Counted from the stretch's first letter, positions 1 through 10,645 are shown. The stretch is 64,000 nt of DNA from an uncultured Planctomycetaceae bacterium (GCA_963752185.1 CAVVXK010000002.1:6791889-6855888), one strand, 5' to 3'. Notes: generated from the sequence alone by a model not told the origin. Made by a program: numbers and translations.

Positions 1-142
1 CAACATGAGAAACCGAAAATTTCCTGAGAAGAAATTGGACACGCTCGGAGGACGACCTAGTTTTTTATGTTCGACACGCAGTCGCGTGCGACAGCCAACC
101 GATCGAAACGATTGACATCCAACTACAGAGAGAGGGTTTCCC

Positions 143-313
143 ATGAGCCACGTGATTTGCAGCGTGAAGCGGTTTTTGCAATCCGAAGATGGCCCGACCG
201 CCGTTGAGTACGCGGTCATGCTGGCCCTGATCGTCGTGGTCTGCTTGACGGCCATTCAGGCCATCGGCACCAACGCGAACACGACCTTCAACAAAGTCGC
301 GACGACCATCTAA
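143..313 (+). CDS. flp: Flp family type IVb pilin (56 aa, below the ORF-track cutoff)
   Basis: ATG at 143 and TAA at 311-313. The translation MSHVICSVKRFLQSEDGPTAVEYAVMLALIVVVCLTAIQAIGTNANTTFNKVATTI has the Flp prepilin G/xxxxEY processing motif followed by a hydrophobic helix. A hairpin plus T-tract lies directly downstream. Confidence 0.8.
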   Translation: MSHVICSVKRFLQSEDGPTAVEYAVMLALIVVVCLTAIQAIGTNANTTFNKVATTI

Positions 314-343
314 GCGATTCGCGTATCGCGAACGCTCCGCTAC

Positions 344-374
344 GGGGACGCCAAGTCGTCCCCGTTTTTCTTTT
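344..374 (+). terminator. Intrinsic terminator after flp
   Basis: Stem ggggacg (344-350) pairs with cgtcccc (357-363) around a 6-nt loop, followed by gtttttctttt. Confidence 0.6.
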
Positions 375-669
375 CGAACTCGGCGAAGGAGCAGGGGCAT
401 TGGCGTCGAATGCAGGCCGCCCATCAGCGAACCCGATGGGGCCCGCACCCCGATTTGCTCCCGGCGGGAAGCGCGGTCCTCCGGTCCTCCGCGTGAAGGC
501 GGGGAAATGCCGTCATCTCTCGACCTCCTCTTCCCGGTAAACTCATTCAGGAAATCAAGACACCAAGGGTGACTCCCGCCCCAATCCGAGACTTGTCAGC
601 GATTGCGGAGGGGAAACGTCCCGCGGCGTCGATTGTTCCAAAACGAGCACATCGAGAGAATCGATTGGC

Positions 670-1590
670 ATGGGGTTCAATATCAAGTGCTGCCTCGCGG
701 TCGTCGTGCTGCTCTCTGGCTTACCCGCCCTTGCAAATGACGGCTCGGCCGTGCGCCGTACGGAGGATGTGATTTACGGGCGGAAGCACGGAATGGCGTT
801 GACGCTGGATGCGTTTCAACCGGCGCGCGGCAATGGTTGCGGGTTGCTGTTCCTGGTGAACGGAGGTTGGCAGTCGAGCAAGGCGACGCCGTTGATGGTG
901 ACCATTCGGCCGGAGGACTATCAGCCGTTTCTCGAGCGGGGGTATACAGTCTTCGCGGTCGTTACGAGTTCGCAGCCGAAGTTTGCGATTCCAGAAATTG
1001 TGGCAGACGTGCATCGGGCCGTGCGGTTTGTGCGTGCGAATGCGGGAACCTACGGAGTGCGTCCGAATCGGATCGGTATTTTAGGATCGAGTTCGGGAGG
1101 GCACCTCGTGCTTTCGATTGCCACGCAGGGCGGTGCGGGGCGGGCCGATGCGAAGGATCCGGTCGAGCGAGAAAGCAGTGCTGTACAAGCGGCGGCTTGC
1201 TTCTTTCCGCCGACGGACTTCTTGAACTACGGACGTCCCGGGATTTGCGGGGTCGGGGCGGGACCGTTGGCTCCGTTGCAGGCGGCTTTCGGCCCGCGTG
1301 CGCTCGACCCGCAAGAGCGTTTGAGCCTGGGCCGCGAGATCTCGCCGATCTACTTCGTAACGGCGCGACTGCCGCCGACGTTGATCATTCACGGCGATGC
1401 CGACACGGTCGTCCCGCTGCAGCAATCCGAGTCCTTTGTGCAGCGAGCGAAAGCGGCGGGCGCCGCAAATGTGCAATTGATTATTCGTCCCGGCAAAGGA
1501 CACGGCTGGGGAGACTTTTGGAGGTCGCGCGAGGATGTCACGGCGTTCGCAGATTGGTTTGATCGGTATCTCCGGGATCGTCGTAACTGA
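670..1590 (+). CDS. Secreted alpha/beta hydrolase (esterase/peptidase-like)
   Basis: N-terminal signal-like segment CCLAVVVLLSGLPALA, nucleophile elbow GSSSGGH, and HGDADTVVP near the C-terminus. Confidence 0.75.
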   Translation: MGFNIKCCLAVVVLLSGLPALANDGSAVRRTEDVIYGRKHGMALTLDAFQPARGNGCGLLFLVNGGWQSSKATPLMVTIRPEDYQPFLERGYTVFAVVTSSQPKFAIPEIVADVHRAVRFVRANAGTYGVRPNRIGILGSSSGGHLVLSIATQGGAGRADAKDPVERESSAVQAAACFFPPTDFLNYGRPGICGVGAGPLAPLQAAFGPRALDPQERLSLGREISPIYFVTARLPPTLIIHGDADTVVPLQQSESFVQRAKAAGAANVQLIIRPGKGHGWGDFWRSREDVTAFADWFDRYLRDRRN

Positions 1591-1917
1591 AAGCGGGCTT
1601 GCGCTGGTCCTGCCGCCTTTTTCCAGGAGAGGGCAGTGAACAGGCCGCTCGTCTCGACCGACCGCAGCTAGGGGCCTTAATCTCCCCCCGATTTCTGCAG
1701 GCTCCCTGATCGGAATTCAGCCATTTTTCGCACTCGTAGGCGTGATCTGTCCGAAGCATTTTCTCTGCAGATTCGGTGTCCGTAGGGTGGCCCATCCCTC
1801 GACTGGCCGAATCAGAGGCGACACGAACGCCGGGATGCGATACCCTGGGAGCAGACTGGGCACTGGCTCAGTCGTAACGGCAAGCGTGAGTTGTGCATTT
1901 TCCGGAGGAGCCCCATC

Positions 1918-2268
1918 GTGGGTAAGAAGTTGTATGTTGGCAACCTGTCGTATGACACGAGCGACAGCAAGCTGCAAGAAATGTTCGAGGAATACGGATC
2001 GGTCCAATCGGCTCAAGTCATCATGGACCGCGACACGGGGCGCTCAAAAGGCTTTGGCTTTGTTGAGATGAGCAGCGATCAGGAGGCTCAAGCAGCCATC
2101 ACCGGTCTGAATGGCAAGGAAGCTGGGGGCCGGTCACTCACCGTCAACGAAGCCAAACCACGAGAAGATCGGGGTGGCGGCAGGTCTGGCGGCGGTGGCC
2201 GAGGTGGTTACGGCGGCGGTGGCGGCGGTGGCCGTGACCGAGGCGGTTACGGCGGCGGACGCTACTAG
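1918..2268 (+). CDS. RRM-type RNA-binding protein with a Gly/Arg/Tyr-rich tail
   Basis: RNP2 LYVGNL and RNP1 KGFGFVEM are present, with the C-terminal tail GGGRSGGGGRGGYGGGGGGGRDRGGYGGGRY. The GTG at 1918 is preceded by ggaggag. The ORF-track start at 1891 is the alternative. Confidence 0.9.
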   Translation: MGKKLYVGNLSYDTSDSKLQEMFEEYGSVQSAQVIMDRDTGRSKGFGFVEMSSDQEAQAAITGLNGKEAGGRSLTVNEAKPREDRGGGRSGGGGRGGYGGGGGGGRDRGGYGGGRY

Positions 2269-2292
2269 GAGCCCGTCGAGACGATCACACAC

Positions 2293-2335
2293 GCCCTTCC
2301 CACGCCGCTTGGCTGGGAAGGGCGACTGTTTTTCT
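2293..2335 (+). terminator. Hairpin terminator between the convergent RRM gene and ygiQ
   Basis: Stem gcccttccca (2293-2302) pairs with tgggaagggc (2314-2323), followed by gactgttttt. Confidence 0.55.
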
Positions 2336-2399
2336 CCGTGGGCCACCGGGCGTGAATGTTGTGGATTGAGCCGGCTTGGCCAGCGCTTGTCACGCAGCA

Positions 2400-4463
2400 T
2401 CAACCGCTTGCGGGGCCGCGCGGTTTTTTCTTGCGGCGCGGAGCCGACGGGCTCGTCGGTTTGGGCTTTGGACGATAACTGTTGCCTGGCTCGTGCCGCG
2501 ATTCCTTGCGGGTGCCCTTCTTCTGTTTGCCGTCGCCGATGGTATGGACGTAATCGCCGCGAAAGCGCGCGTTGGCGTCTTGGCGGCGGGCTTCGAGCGC
2601 CTTGCGCGGCGGCGTGGGCGGAATGAGGCTCTCGCAATCATTGCCGATCAGGTCGGTTCGCCCAGCCTGCCGCAGAGCTTCGCGGACTTCAAAATAATTC
2701 GCCGGCTTGAAGAATTGCATGAGGGCTCGCTGCAATTTGCGGTCGCGTAGCGCCTTGGCCACATGCACGGGTTTCTTCGTAAAGGGATCGATGCCGGTGT
2801 AAAACATGGCCGTCGCCACGTCGAACGGAGCCGGAATGAAATCCTGCACCTGGTCGGGGCGATAACCGTTTCGCTTCAAGAACACCGCCAGGTCGATCAT
2901 CGCGTTGAGATCGCTGCCGGGATGGCTGGCGATGAAGTAAGGCACAATGTACTGCTTCTTCCCGGCTTTCGCCGACTCTGCGTTGAAGATGTCGGTGAAC
3001 TGCTCGAAGTCGTCGTTGCTCGGCTTTCGCATTTTGTCGAGCACGTGCGGGTCGGTGTGCTCGGGCGCGACCTTCAACCGTCCGCCGACATGGTGCCGGA
3101 CGAGTTCCCGCATATATTCGGGCGAGCGGCGAGCCAGATCCATGCGGATGCCGCTGGCGACCAGGACTTTTTTGATGCCCTGCGTCTCCCGCGCTTCTTT
3201 CATCAATTGGATCAAGGGGCCGTGATCGGTGCCCAGCAGCTTGCAGATTGTGGGGTGGACGCACGATTGCCGCCGGCAGACCGCCTCGACTTCCGGACGC
3301 AGGCACTGCATCTGATACATGTTCGCGGTCGGTCCGCCGATATCGCTGATGACGCCCGAGAAGTCTTGATCGCGCGTCATTTCACGCACTTCGCTCAGCA
3401 CCGATTCTTTGCTGCGCGACTGGATGATTCGCCCCTGGTGGGCGGTGATCGAGCAGAACGTGCAGCCGCCGAAACAGCCCCGCATGATCGTCACCGAATC
3501 CTTGATCATCGTAAAAGCGGGAATCGGCTCGGCATAGATGGGGTGTGGCCGTCGCGTGTACGGCAGCCCGTAGATTCTGTCCATATCGGACTGCGAGACC
3601 GGCAATGCCGGCGGGTTGGCGACGACCGCTTGCCGATCGTGCCATTGCACCAGTCGGCGGGCGTTGTACGGATTCGTTTCGTTGTGAATCATCTTCGTGG
3701 CCTCGGCGAAAGACCACTTGTCGTCGCGAACCTGCTCGAAGCTCGGCAACACGAGCGCGTCGTCGGGCGACGTTTCCGAGGCTCCCATTGCATAGGCGAT
3801 GCCCCGCATCTCGCGCAGGTCGCGGACGCTCTCGCCCGCGTCCAACCGGCGGGCTATTTCGACAATCGCGTCTTCCCCCATGCCGAAGCCCAAGAGGTCG
3901 GCCTTGCAATCGAGCAGGATGGAACGACAGACCTTGTCGCTCCAATAGTCGTAATGCGCCAGCCTGCGGAGCGACGCCTCGACTCCGCCGGCGATCACCG
4001 GAACGCCCTTGTACGCTTCGCGAGCCCGCTGACAGTAGGCCAGCGTGGCGCGGTCGGGCCGCAACCCGATGCGGCCGCCGGGCGAGTAGGCGTCGTTGTT
4101 GCGGACTTTGCGATTGGCCGTGTAATGGTTGATCATCGAATCCATGTTGCCGGCACTGATCGCGAAGAACAGTCGCGGTTTGCCGAACACACGCCAGGCG
4201 TCGCAGCTCCGCCAGTCGGGCTGGCTGACGATCGCGACGCGATAACCAGCCGCCTCGAGCACGCGCCCCAAAATCGCCATCGCAAAGCTGGGATGATCGA
4301 TGTACGCATCACCGGTGACGAACACGACGTCGGCCTCGTCCCAACCCCGTTCGCGCATCTCCGCGACACTCATCGGCAGCGGCCGCGAGGCACACGCGTG
4401 GAACGCATGCGCGGCGTCGGCCGTCGGCCGCGGAGAGGGGTTGTTCAGAATGGGCAGATTCAT
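2400..4463 (-). CDS. ygiQ: YgiQ family radical SAM protein (UPF0313)
   Basis: The N-terminus [48 protein letters not shown] is typical of YgiQ. The radical-SAM cluster motif is CFGGCTFCS. Confidence 0.9.
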   Translation of the reverse strand: MNLPILNNPSPRPTADAAHAFHACASRPLPMSVAEMRERGWDEADVVFVTGDAYIDHPSFAMAILGRVLEAAGYRVAIVSQPDWRSCDAWRVFGKPRLFFAISAGNMDSMINHYTANRKVRNNDAYSPGGRIGLRPDRATLAYCQRAREAYKGVPVIAGGVEASLRRLAHYDYWSDKVCRSILLDCKADLLGFGMGEDAIVEIARRLDAGESVRDLREMRGIAYAMGASETSPDDALVLPSFEQVRDDKWSFAEATKMIHNETNPYNARRLVQWHDRQAVVANPPALPVSQSDMDRIYGLPYTRRPHPIYAEPIPAFTMIKDSVTIMRGCFGGCTFCSITAHQGRIIQSRSKESVLSEVREMTRDQDFSGVISDIGGPTANMYQMQCLRPEVEAVCRRQSCVHPTICKLLGTDHGPLIQLMKEARETQGIKKVLVASGIRMDLARRSPEYMRELVRHHVGGRLKVAPEHTDPHVLDKMRKPSNDDFEQFTDIFNAESAKAGKKQYIVPYFIASHPGSDLNAMIDLAVFLKRNGYRPDQVQDFIPAPFDVATAMFYTGIDPFTKKPVHVAKALRDRKLQRALMQFFKPANYFEVREALRQAGRTDLIGNDCESLIPPTPPRKALEARRQDANARFRGDYVHTIGDGKQKKGTRKESRHEPGNSYRPKPKPTSPSAPRRKKKPRGPASG

Positions 4464-4697
4464 GTGGCAAACTCGGTCATGCCGAGAAGAGGGCGAAAAT
4501 GACGATCAGGTCACGCGAGTTCGACGATCTGACCTGTCGCATCGGCCCCAAGCCTGGAACCGATCTTGCCCGGAATGTTATCCATTATAGCCGCGAGCCG
4601 CCGTTCCCGCGCTCCTCGTACGCCAACGCGATCGAATCCCCCGCCAGCGTGACTGCTATGTCGAACTTAGTCGGGCCGGCCGGCTCGCCGTTCAGAA

Positions 4698-4717
4698 CCG
4701 GGCAAAGTGCCCGTTTT
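4698..4717 (+). terminator. Orphan terminator-like hairpin with a plus-strand T-tract
   Basis: cgggca-aag-tgcccg followed by ttttt. There is no annotated plus-strand gene upstream (see findings). Confidence 0.35.
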
Positions 4718-4792
4718 TGATGGGCCGAGCCCCTGCGCATCAGGTCAACGTCTGGACCTCGGCTCGACCGCCCGGGGTCGCGTCGGTCGAGT

Positions 4793-5965
4793 TCAGAAGT
4801 CGTCGGTGACGGCTGCTCGGCCGCTGTAGGTGAGGAGGTTGCAGAAGGGGGTGACGCCGATGTTTTCGTTCATCATGCGGGCGGAGCCGTCGCACATGGC
4901 GACGCCACCGGCGCCGGGATGGAAACTGTAGATGGCGTTGATGCTGTACTCGTTCGTGCAGTTGAAGAAGCAGGCCGGGGCCCCGTGCAGGGAGCCGAAG
5001 ACCGTTGCGGCCGCGAGACCGTCGTAGGTTGAGCCGCTGGTCAGGGCGACCTGAAAGCAGCTCCAACAGCCGCCGACGTTGGCATTGAGCCGCATGATCG
5101 GCGTGGGGCGGTTGCAGCCCCACTTTTGCCCGCGAACCCAAACGTCCGGGTGGCCGGCGTGTTCCACGCAGTAGATCGTGGTCGAGGTGCCGTCGGTGAT
5201 TTGCTCGAAGCCGATCGGCGGATGGCCCCCCATGTCGGTATCTTGCGGATGGGCCGGGTTGTCGCTGACGCCGAGATTGTTCAGGTTCTGCGAGTGCAGC
5301 GGAGTGACGGCCTGGTAATAGTACTCGACGTACGAGCTGTAGCTCCCCAGCGGTGAATAATCACTGGCGCCCACGAGCATGCGGTCGGGGTTGCGGCACT
5401 GCAGCGCCATTTTGCAGCGGACGGGAAACGTTTCGTCGATCCGTTCCACGGCGAACGGGTTCGCACTGTGGACCGAAGAGGGGCACAGAAAGAGCGGGAT
5501 GACGGCGGCGGCCGGGCGGTTGGTCGCGCAGCAGTCATAGGCGGGATCGCCGGAATTCGTCGAGACGAACATCGGAAGCTGCCAGTCGCTCAAATCGAGC
5601 GGCGACGAGATCGGCGAGCCCTGGTCGATCATCTGGTAGATCGAATTTGCCTCAACAAAGGGGAGCAGCCGCTCGCCCCAGGTATGGTAGTTCGTGTCGC
5701 TGTGGCAGCCGACCGTCTTCACCGACGGCGAGAGGAAGGAGCAGTGCGGCTCGCGAATGAGCATCAGGCCGGGCGGGAGGAGCTTGTGGAGCTCGTAGTA
5801 TCCGTGGGCCGCCAGCGCGATCTGCTTGAGGTTGCTGCGGCACTGCGTTCGCCGGGCCGCCTCGCGGGCTTGTTGCACGGCAGGAAGCAATAGCGCGATC
5901 AAGAGCACGATCACGGCGAGCGCGACGAGCAACTCGATGAAGGTAAAGCCTGATCGCTTCGACAC
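4793..5965 (-). CDS. DUF1559 domain protein with prepilin-type N-terminal cleavage/methylation domain
   Basis: The N-terminus [47 protein letters not shown] is the hallmark of this planctomycete family. The GTG at 5965 with gggagagg upstream fits better than the ORF-track start at 6064. Confidence 0.85.
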   Translation of the reverse strand: MSKRSGFTFIELLVALAVIVLLIALLLPAVQQAREAARRTQCRSNLKQIALAAHGYYELHKLLPPGLMLIREPHCSFLSPSVKTVGCHSDTNYHTWGERLLPFVEANSIYQMIDQGSPISSPLDLSDWQLPMFVSTNSGDPAYDCCATNRPAAAVIPLFLCPSSVHSANPFAVERIDETFPVRCKMALQCRNPDRMLVGASDYSPLGSYSSYVEYYYQAVTPLHSQNLNNLGVSDNPAHPQDTDMGGHPPIGFEQITDGTSTTIYCVEHAGHPDVWVRGQKWGCNRPTPIMRLNANVGGCWSCFQVALTSGSTYDGLAAATVFGSLHGAPACFFNCTNEYSINAIYSFHPGAGGVAMCDGSARMMNENIGVTPFCNLLTYSGRAAVTDDF

Positions 5966-6256
5966 GGCGAACCTCTCCCGATGCGGCTTCGGGGAAGTGG
6001 TAGCGGAAAGCGGACAAAAGACGGCGTCAATGCACGATTCAACCAAAGTTTGCTTGAAAGGCAAGGGTCAAGCATGAAATGCGGGCCATCCGCGACAAAC
6101 TGGCTGGACAAAACGCCATGGGCCGGGCGAGGTGCGACGGACCGGAAGACTCTGGAACCGCGGAGATTTCAGTCGGATCGGTTCACCGAATTCGTCGATC
6201 AGACTTCCTCGTTTTCCATTGCCCGCTGACCCTTGCTGTCGCGATGGACGCGGTGA

Positions 6257-8575
6257 TCACTGAGCGGGACCGACGCTGCTCGAGACGATCTGCGGTTCGT
6301 TCGCATCCTTCTGCCGAAAAGCCAATTGCGAAACGAAGGCCAGGAGATAACAGCCGATCGCCATCAGATACAGGAACCGAAAACCAAAATACATCGAGTT
6401 ATATTCCAGCAGGCCGCCGCAAATGGCCCCCAGCAGGTTCATCGCCATCATGCCTGAAACTTGCCCCTTGCTCGACAAAAGAGTCGAGAACACGATGCCC
6501 GAAAACAGCATGGGCACCGTGAGCACCACTGCGGTCTCCAGGCGCCCCAAAGGCGTCGAAGTGAATCCGCCCGAATTTGCCAACTGCCACCCCAGCCCCA
6601 GCGATGCGAACAAGAGCAGATAGGGAACCAGGGGACGCTTGATCGAGAGCCAGGCCACCAGGCAATTCCCCAGAAAACCCATGCTCACGATGCCGGCGAT
6701 CACGATGCCGATGACCTGCCACGTATTGCCGAAGGCCAGGCCCATCTCCGTGATCCCCTTGGTTTCGATCAACATGAAACCGGCGCCAAGGAAGAAAAAA
6801 GAGACGTGACTGAGCTGCGGCCGCTCGGGGAGGTAACTGCGCGCGACAAACAGCGAAAGCACGACAACTTCGACCACCATGACCAGGTACGAGAAGGGGT
6901 AGATGCGTCGCGGCATGTAGAAGAAGGGCCAATCGTCTGTCGACACGTCCGCCTGCAGCGACGGATTGGCGTAGTAAGCCGTCTTGTCGATAAAGCCCGC
7001 GTCTTCGATCGTTTTTGCGGGCAGCGTCCACGCCGGGTCGTTCGACTCCAGGAAAATAATCGAATTGTCGTAGCCCGCCTGCACGCAAACCGGAGGCCTT
7101 CCGTCAAAGGCCTCTTGCAACGTGCGGTAGATCTTGCGGCCCAAGTCGTCCGTGACCACGCAGAACGACAGCGAAAGCGCCCCGTCGGACTTCAGCCGCG
7201 ACCGGGCGTCGCGAATGCCCTGCACCGTGTAAACGAACGAATCCAGACGCACGCTCGAACCCTGGCTGAGTAACGTGTGCGAGTCGAGCAGACCGTAGAC
7301 GATCAGGTCGAACGTCTGGTCGGTGGTTCGCAGGAACGAGCGGGCGTCATCGATGACGACATGAGCCCGCGGGTTGCTGTACGGCTTCTCGGGGTGGCTC
7401 AAGTCGCCCGTTAGTTCGATGGCGGGGTCGATTTCGATGGCCGCAACATGTTGCGCTCCGGCCCGCAGAGCGGCCGCGACGTCGTTGCCGGTGCCGGCCC
7501 CCACGACCGCGACGTTCTCCAGCTTGGGCTGGGCCTGATAAGGGAAGTCGTAGTAACGGCGCACACCGTTCCAGCGGGTGCTCTTGGGGTCGGAAAAATC
7601 GAAAATGCGTTGGTGGTAGTGGCCCTCGGCCGTGATCAGGGTCAAGCCCGTAACGTCGTCGCGCCCAATCTCCAGAAGTTGGTACGGGGAATAGACGCGG
7701 TTCCAGAGCGGATTGACCGGCCAGGCCAGGACGATCGTGCAGGCCACCGCGGACGAAATGCCGACGATCAGCGAAGCAGGCGTTCTCGAAGTCAGCATCA
7801 AAATTGCAGCGAAGCAGACTGCGAACCAGGCCAGCGGAGGCGTCCAAAGGAAACTCGCCGCGAGCATGAGCAGGACGCCGAGCAGGCTGCCGAGCAAGTT
7901 CAGTCCATAGGCCCGCAGCTTGCCGCGGCGCTCCATCAGCCGCCCGCAGAGTTGGCCCACAGGCGTGAACGTGACAGCCGTGAGCAGGAAAACGATTGCC
8001 AGCAACTGATACAGGAAGAGCAGGTGAAACAGATTGCCGAAACCAAGCCCGACCGTGAGCTGCTCGTTGACCGGATTGATACTGATCGGCTGACCCGGGA
8101 CATATCGCATGATGGACATGAACAGGAACTGCCAGGCGAGCAGCGGCAGCACGATGAAGAGCGGAATGCGGTCCCGCGTGGCCAGGGCGTAACCCAACCC
8201 CAGTCCCACGAAACACGCCAGAAGGCTGAAATTCTTGTAAAAAGCGAGAAAGGGAAGAACCGAGGATTGCCACCGGATGATGGCCAGCTCGACAAACAGA
8301 CTGAGCGCCGCGGCGAAGACGATTGCGACGTCGGCTTGCCTGGCAGTCAACGTATCGAGGAACCTGGCCTGCGCGAGGGCGCTGGCATCAATCCAGGGCG
8401 CGAGTCTCTTGAGCCCCCGATAAATGCCCAGTGCCGCCATCGTGGCGACGTAGAGCAAGAAAGCTTGGACCAGGAACGAGACGGGCCCTTCGAGCTTTAC
8501 CAACGGGAGCTGGATAATGAGGAGGAAACTGCCAAAGGCGATGAACGCCAGAAGCCGACGCTGTGACTGCGGCAT
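6257..8575 (-). CDS. Polytopic membrane protein with an embedded spermidine synthase-like (class I SAM-fold) domain
   Basis: Many hydrophobic segments lie on both sides of VAVVGAGTGNDVAAALRAGAQHVAAIEIDPAI...DLIVYGLLDS. I chose the ATG at 8575 (MPQSQRRLLAFIAF...) because the ORF-track start at 8959 would overlap the divergent antitoxin gene. Confidence 0.75.
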   Translation of the reverse strand: MPQSQRRLLAFIAFGSFLLIIQLPLVKLEGPVSFLVQAFLLYVATMAALGIYRGLKRLAPWIDASALAQARFLDTLTARQADVAIVFAAALSLFVELAIIRWQSSVLPFLAFYKNFSLLACFVGLGLGYALATRDRIPLFIVLPLLAWQFLFMSIMRYVPGQPISINPVNEQLTVGLGFGNLFHLLFLYQLLAIVFLLTAVTFTPVGQLCGRLMERRGKLRAYGLNLLGSLLGVLLMLAASFLWTPPLAWFAVCFAAILMLTSRTPASLIVGISSAVACTIVLAWPVNPLWNRVYSPYQLLEIGRDDVTGLTLITAEGHYHQRIFDFSDPKSTRWNGVRRYYDFPYQAQPKLENVAVVGAGTGNDVAAALRAGAQHVAAIEIDPAIELTGDLSHPEKPYSNPRAHVVIDDARSFLRTTDQTFDLIVYGLLDSHTLLSQGSSVRLDSFVYTVQGIRDARSRLKSDGALSLSFCVVTDDLGRKIYRTLQEAFDGRPPVCVQAGYDNSIIFLESNDPAWTLPAKTIEDAGFIDKTAYYANPSLQADVSTDDWPFFYMPRRIYPFSYLVMVVEVVVLSLFVARSYLPERPQLSHVSFFFLGAGFMLIETKGITEMGLAFGNTWQVIGIVIAGIVSMGFLGNCLVAWLSIKRPLVPYLLLFASLGLGWQLANSGGFTSTPLGRLETAVVLTVPMLFSGIVFSTLLSSKGQVSGMMAMNLLGAICGGLLEYNSMYFGFRFLYLMAIGCYLLAFVSQLAFRQKDANEPQIVSSSVGPAQ

Positions 8576-8908
8576 ATCAAATGACGGGGGGTTGGAGACG
8601 GGTTCTGTCAATTCGCCTAAGCGATGCAAATTGCAGGCGCAAGATTGCCATTCCCCGACGCCGAATTCAAGGTCTTCGCGCGTGACGTTGTGCAGAGGCT
8701 GCAAAACTCCCCTGATTTCTTTTGCAGTTTTCTTTTGCAGTGACGCGCCTTGCCGGTTAGCCTCGCGGTCATGCGCCCCTTGTGCGTCATTGCCGGGAGG
8801 GAAGGCGACGGCGGGAGCGGATTTCGGCCGACGTGACGCTCTTAATTGTCCAATGCCAACTTCGAGCTCGTATCGACTGCCGGCCCTCGCGACCGTAGAA
8901 TTTGAGCC

Positions 8909-9157
8909 ATGAAGCCAGAACTGACCAACGATCAGCGGCAAGCTCTTCAAGACAGCCACGGATGCATCGTGGGGACGACCTACGTCCTGATGTCGAAGGA
9001 CGTCTTTCGCCAGACGATGGGAATTGCCGACGACAAGGAATTGGCCGCATCTCTCGAAGCAATCAAAGAGGCGATGACGGACCTCGAAGCCGGCCGTACG
9101 ATCTCACTGGAGGAAGCCAAGAGCCGGCTCGGCGCGAAGCATGGCCTACCGAGTTGA
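8909..9157 (+). CDS. Type II antitoxin (ParD-like, family not firmly recognised)
   Basis: An 82-aa ORF that overlaps the downstream ParE/RelE toxin gene by 17 nt. The C-terminal segment EAMTDLEAGRTISLEEAKSRL resembles addiction-module antitoxins. Confidence 0.65.
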   Translation: MKPELTNDQRQALQDSHGCIVGTTYVLMSKDVFRQTMGIADDKELAASLEAIKEAMTDLEAGRTISLEEAKSRLGAKHGLPS

Positions 9158-9461
9158 ACTGTCGCCCCGCGCTTTTTCCGACGCCGAGGCGATCGTCGAT
9201 TTCATCGCCGCCGACTCAATTCGGAATGCCGCCCGCTGGCGCCAGCGGTTATTTTCCAAGTTCGACCGTCTCTCGATGATGCCGCGGGGCTCCTCGCTTG
9301 CGCCCGAGAGTGAATACGTTGACTTTGAAGTTCGGCAGACATTCCTCGGACCCTATCGGATTCTCTTCACAATCCGGGACAAGGATTCGTTGGTTTACAT
9401 CCTGAGCGTTCGACACGGCGCCCGTCGGTTCATTCCTCCGAGTGAACTTGGGGATGGCTAA
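9141..9461 (+). CDS. Type II toxin, RelE/ParE family
   Basis: 106 aa. YRVELSPRAFSDAEAIVDFIA...YRILFTIRDKDSLVYILSVRHGARR follows the ParE/RelE sequence pattern, and the gene is translationally coupled to the upstream small ORF. Confidence 0.8.
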   Translation: MAYRVELSPRAFSDAEAIVDFIAADSIRNAARWRQRLFSKFDRLSMMPRGSSLAPESEYVDFEVRQTFLGPYRILFTIRDKDSLVYILSVRHGARRFIPPSELGDG

Positions 9462-9577
9462 TAACCGTGGGGCAAGCCGCTAGCTTGCCGGTCGATAACT
9501 TCTCCGCAAGTGCAAGGACAGCCCGTGTCGAAACCTGAGACATGCTGTCGCAAAAGGTCAGCCGACCGTCGAAGGCC

Positions 9578-9606
9578 TCAATCCAAAATCCAAAATCAAA
9601 AATCGA
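9578..9606. repeat. Solo heptamer-tract repeat (tcaatcc aaaatcc aaaatca aaaatcg)
   Basis: Same motif as the inverted pair at 43398-43432 and 44123-44157. It lies inside an 11-bp inverted repeat, gcccgtgtcga (about 9517) with tcgacacgggc (about 9603). Confidence 0.6.
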
Positions 9607-9787
9607 CACGGGCTCTTCAAAGCCTGGAAAACAAGCGAGCCACTCACGACAATTCCCACGCGCCGCCTCTATTTTGTGGTGCGGCCGTCTCGGCTGCATG
9701 TGTAGGCGGGACGCCCGCACCACAAGTACGCCAACCAGCCGCGCCGCATTATCGCGGTCGGTGATTTAGCTCCACCGGAACCGCAGC

Positions 9788-10507
9788 ATGTCCGCCGCCG
9801 CCCCCGCCCACTCCCACGAGCCGCAAGCGGCCATCTTCGACATGGATGGCGTGTTGATCGACTCGTATCGGGCCCATTTTGAGAGCTGCCTGCGAGTGGC
9901 GGCCGAACTTGGCCGCGTGTATACCGAAGAGCAGTTTGCCGCAGGATTTGGCCGCACCACCCGCGAAGTCATCGCCGAGCAGTGGCAAGGGCAGGGCGAG
10001 GCGCTCTCGGACGACCAGATTGCCCGGATCGACGAGCGCAAGGAGTGGCTGTTTCGCGAAATCATCGGTGCGGATTTTCCGGCGATGCCGGGAGCCGTTG
10101 AATTGATCGAATCGCTGGTCCAAGCCGGCTTTCGCGTGGCGGTCGGCTCTTCGGGCCCAAGGGAAAACGTGCAACTGGCAATCGACCGACTGGGCATCGG
10201 CAAGCTATTGTCGGCCATCGTCACCGGCCACGACGTCAAACACGGCAAACCCGATCCGCAGGTGTTCCTGATCGCCGCCGAGCGATGCGGCGTATCGCCC
10301 GGGCGATGCGTCGTCATCGAAGATGCCCCGGTCGGAATCGAAGCGGCCCGCCGCGGCGGCATGCACGTCATCGGCCTGGCGAGCACCGGAAGAACGGTCG
10401 AACAACTCCGAGCGGCCGATCTCGTCGTGACGTCACTGCGCGAGCTCTCACCGCACAACTTCTGGCAAGTGCTTCAAACAGCCGCCAAGCCGCATCCGGC
10501 TAGCTGA
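9788..10507 (+). CDS. HAD-IA family hydrolase (beta-phosphoglucomutase-like)
   Basis: Motif I FDMDGVLIDS, with GKPDP and IEDAPVGIEAARRGGM further along. Confidence 0.85.
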   Translation: MSAAAPAHSHEPQAAIFDMDGVLIDSYRAHFESCLRVAAELGRVYTEEQFAAGFGRTTREVIAEQWQGQGEALSDDQIARIDERKEWLFREIIGADFPAMPGAVELIESLVQAGFRVAVGSSGPRENVQLAIDRLGIGKLLSAIVTGHDVKHGKPDPQVFLIAAERCGVSPGRCVVIEDAPVGIEAARRGGMHVIGLASTGRTVEQLRAADLVVTSLRELSPHNFWQVLQTAAKPHPAS

Positions 10508-10544
10508 CCGTGTGCGATTGTGAGAAGAATCGGCCGGAGATTTG

Positions 10545-10645
10545 TAGTAGTCCGTCCCGCTCAAATTGGTGGATCGGGTGCCACGCCCACGGCTTTGCGT
10601 GGGCGTGCGAATCCGTTTGACGTTCGAAGACACGCCCACGCAGAG
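10545..10645. repeat. Repeat family 1 (about 111-bp nested palindrome), copy A left part
   Basis: tagtagtccgtcccgctcaaattggtggatcgggtgccacgcccacggctttgcgtgggcgtgcgaatccgtttgacgttcgaagacacgcccacgcagag. It is near-identical to the reconstructed copy B (15031-15086 plus 16756-16838). Confidence 0.85.

Noticed and set aside
2763-4502. A 579-aa plus-strand ORF opposite ygiQ. The same situation applies to 48932..50767 (-), 21054..22103 (+), 7448..8566 (+), 51568..52689 (-) and 46856..48178 (+).
   Set aside because: Each lies antisense to a gene with strong family-specific motifs. Their translations are low-complexity and Arg/Gly/Asp-rich, with no recognisable domain.
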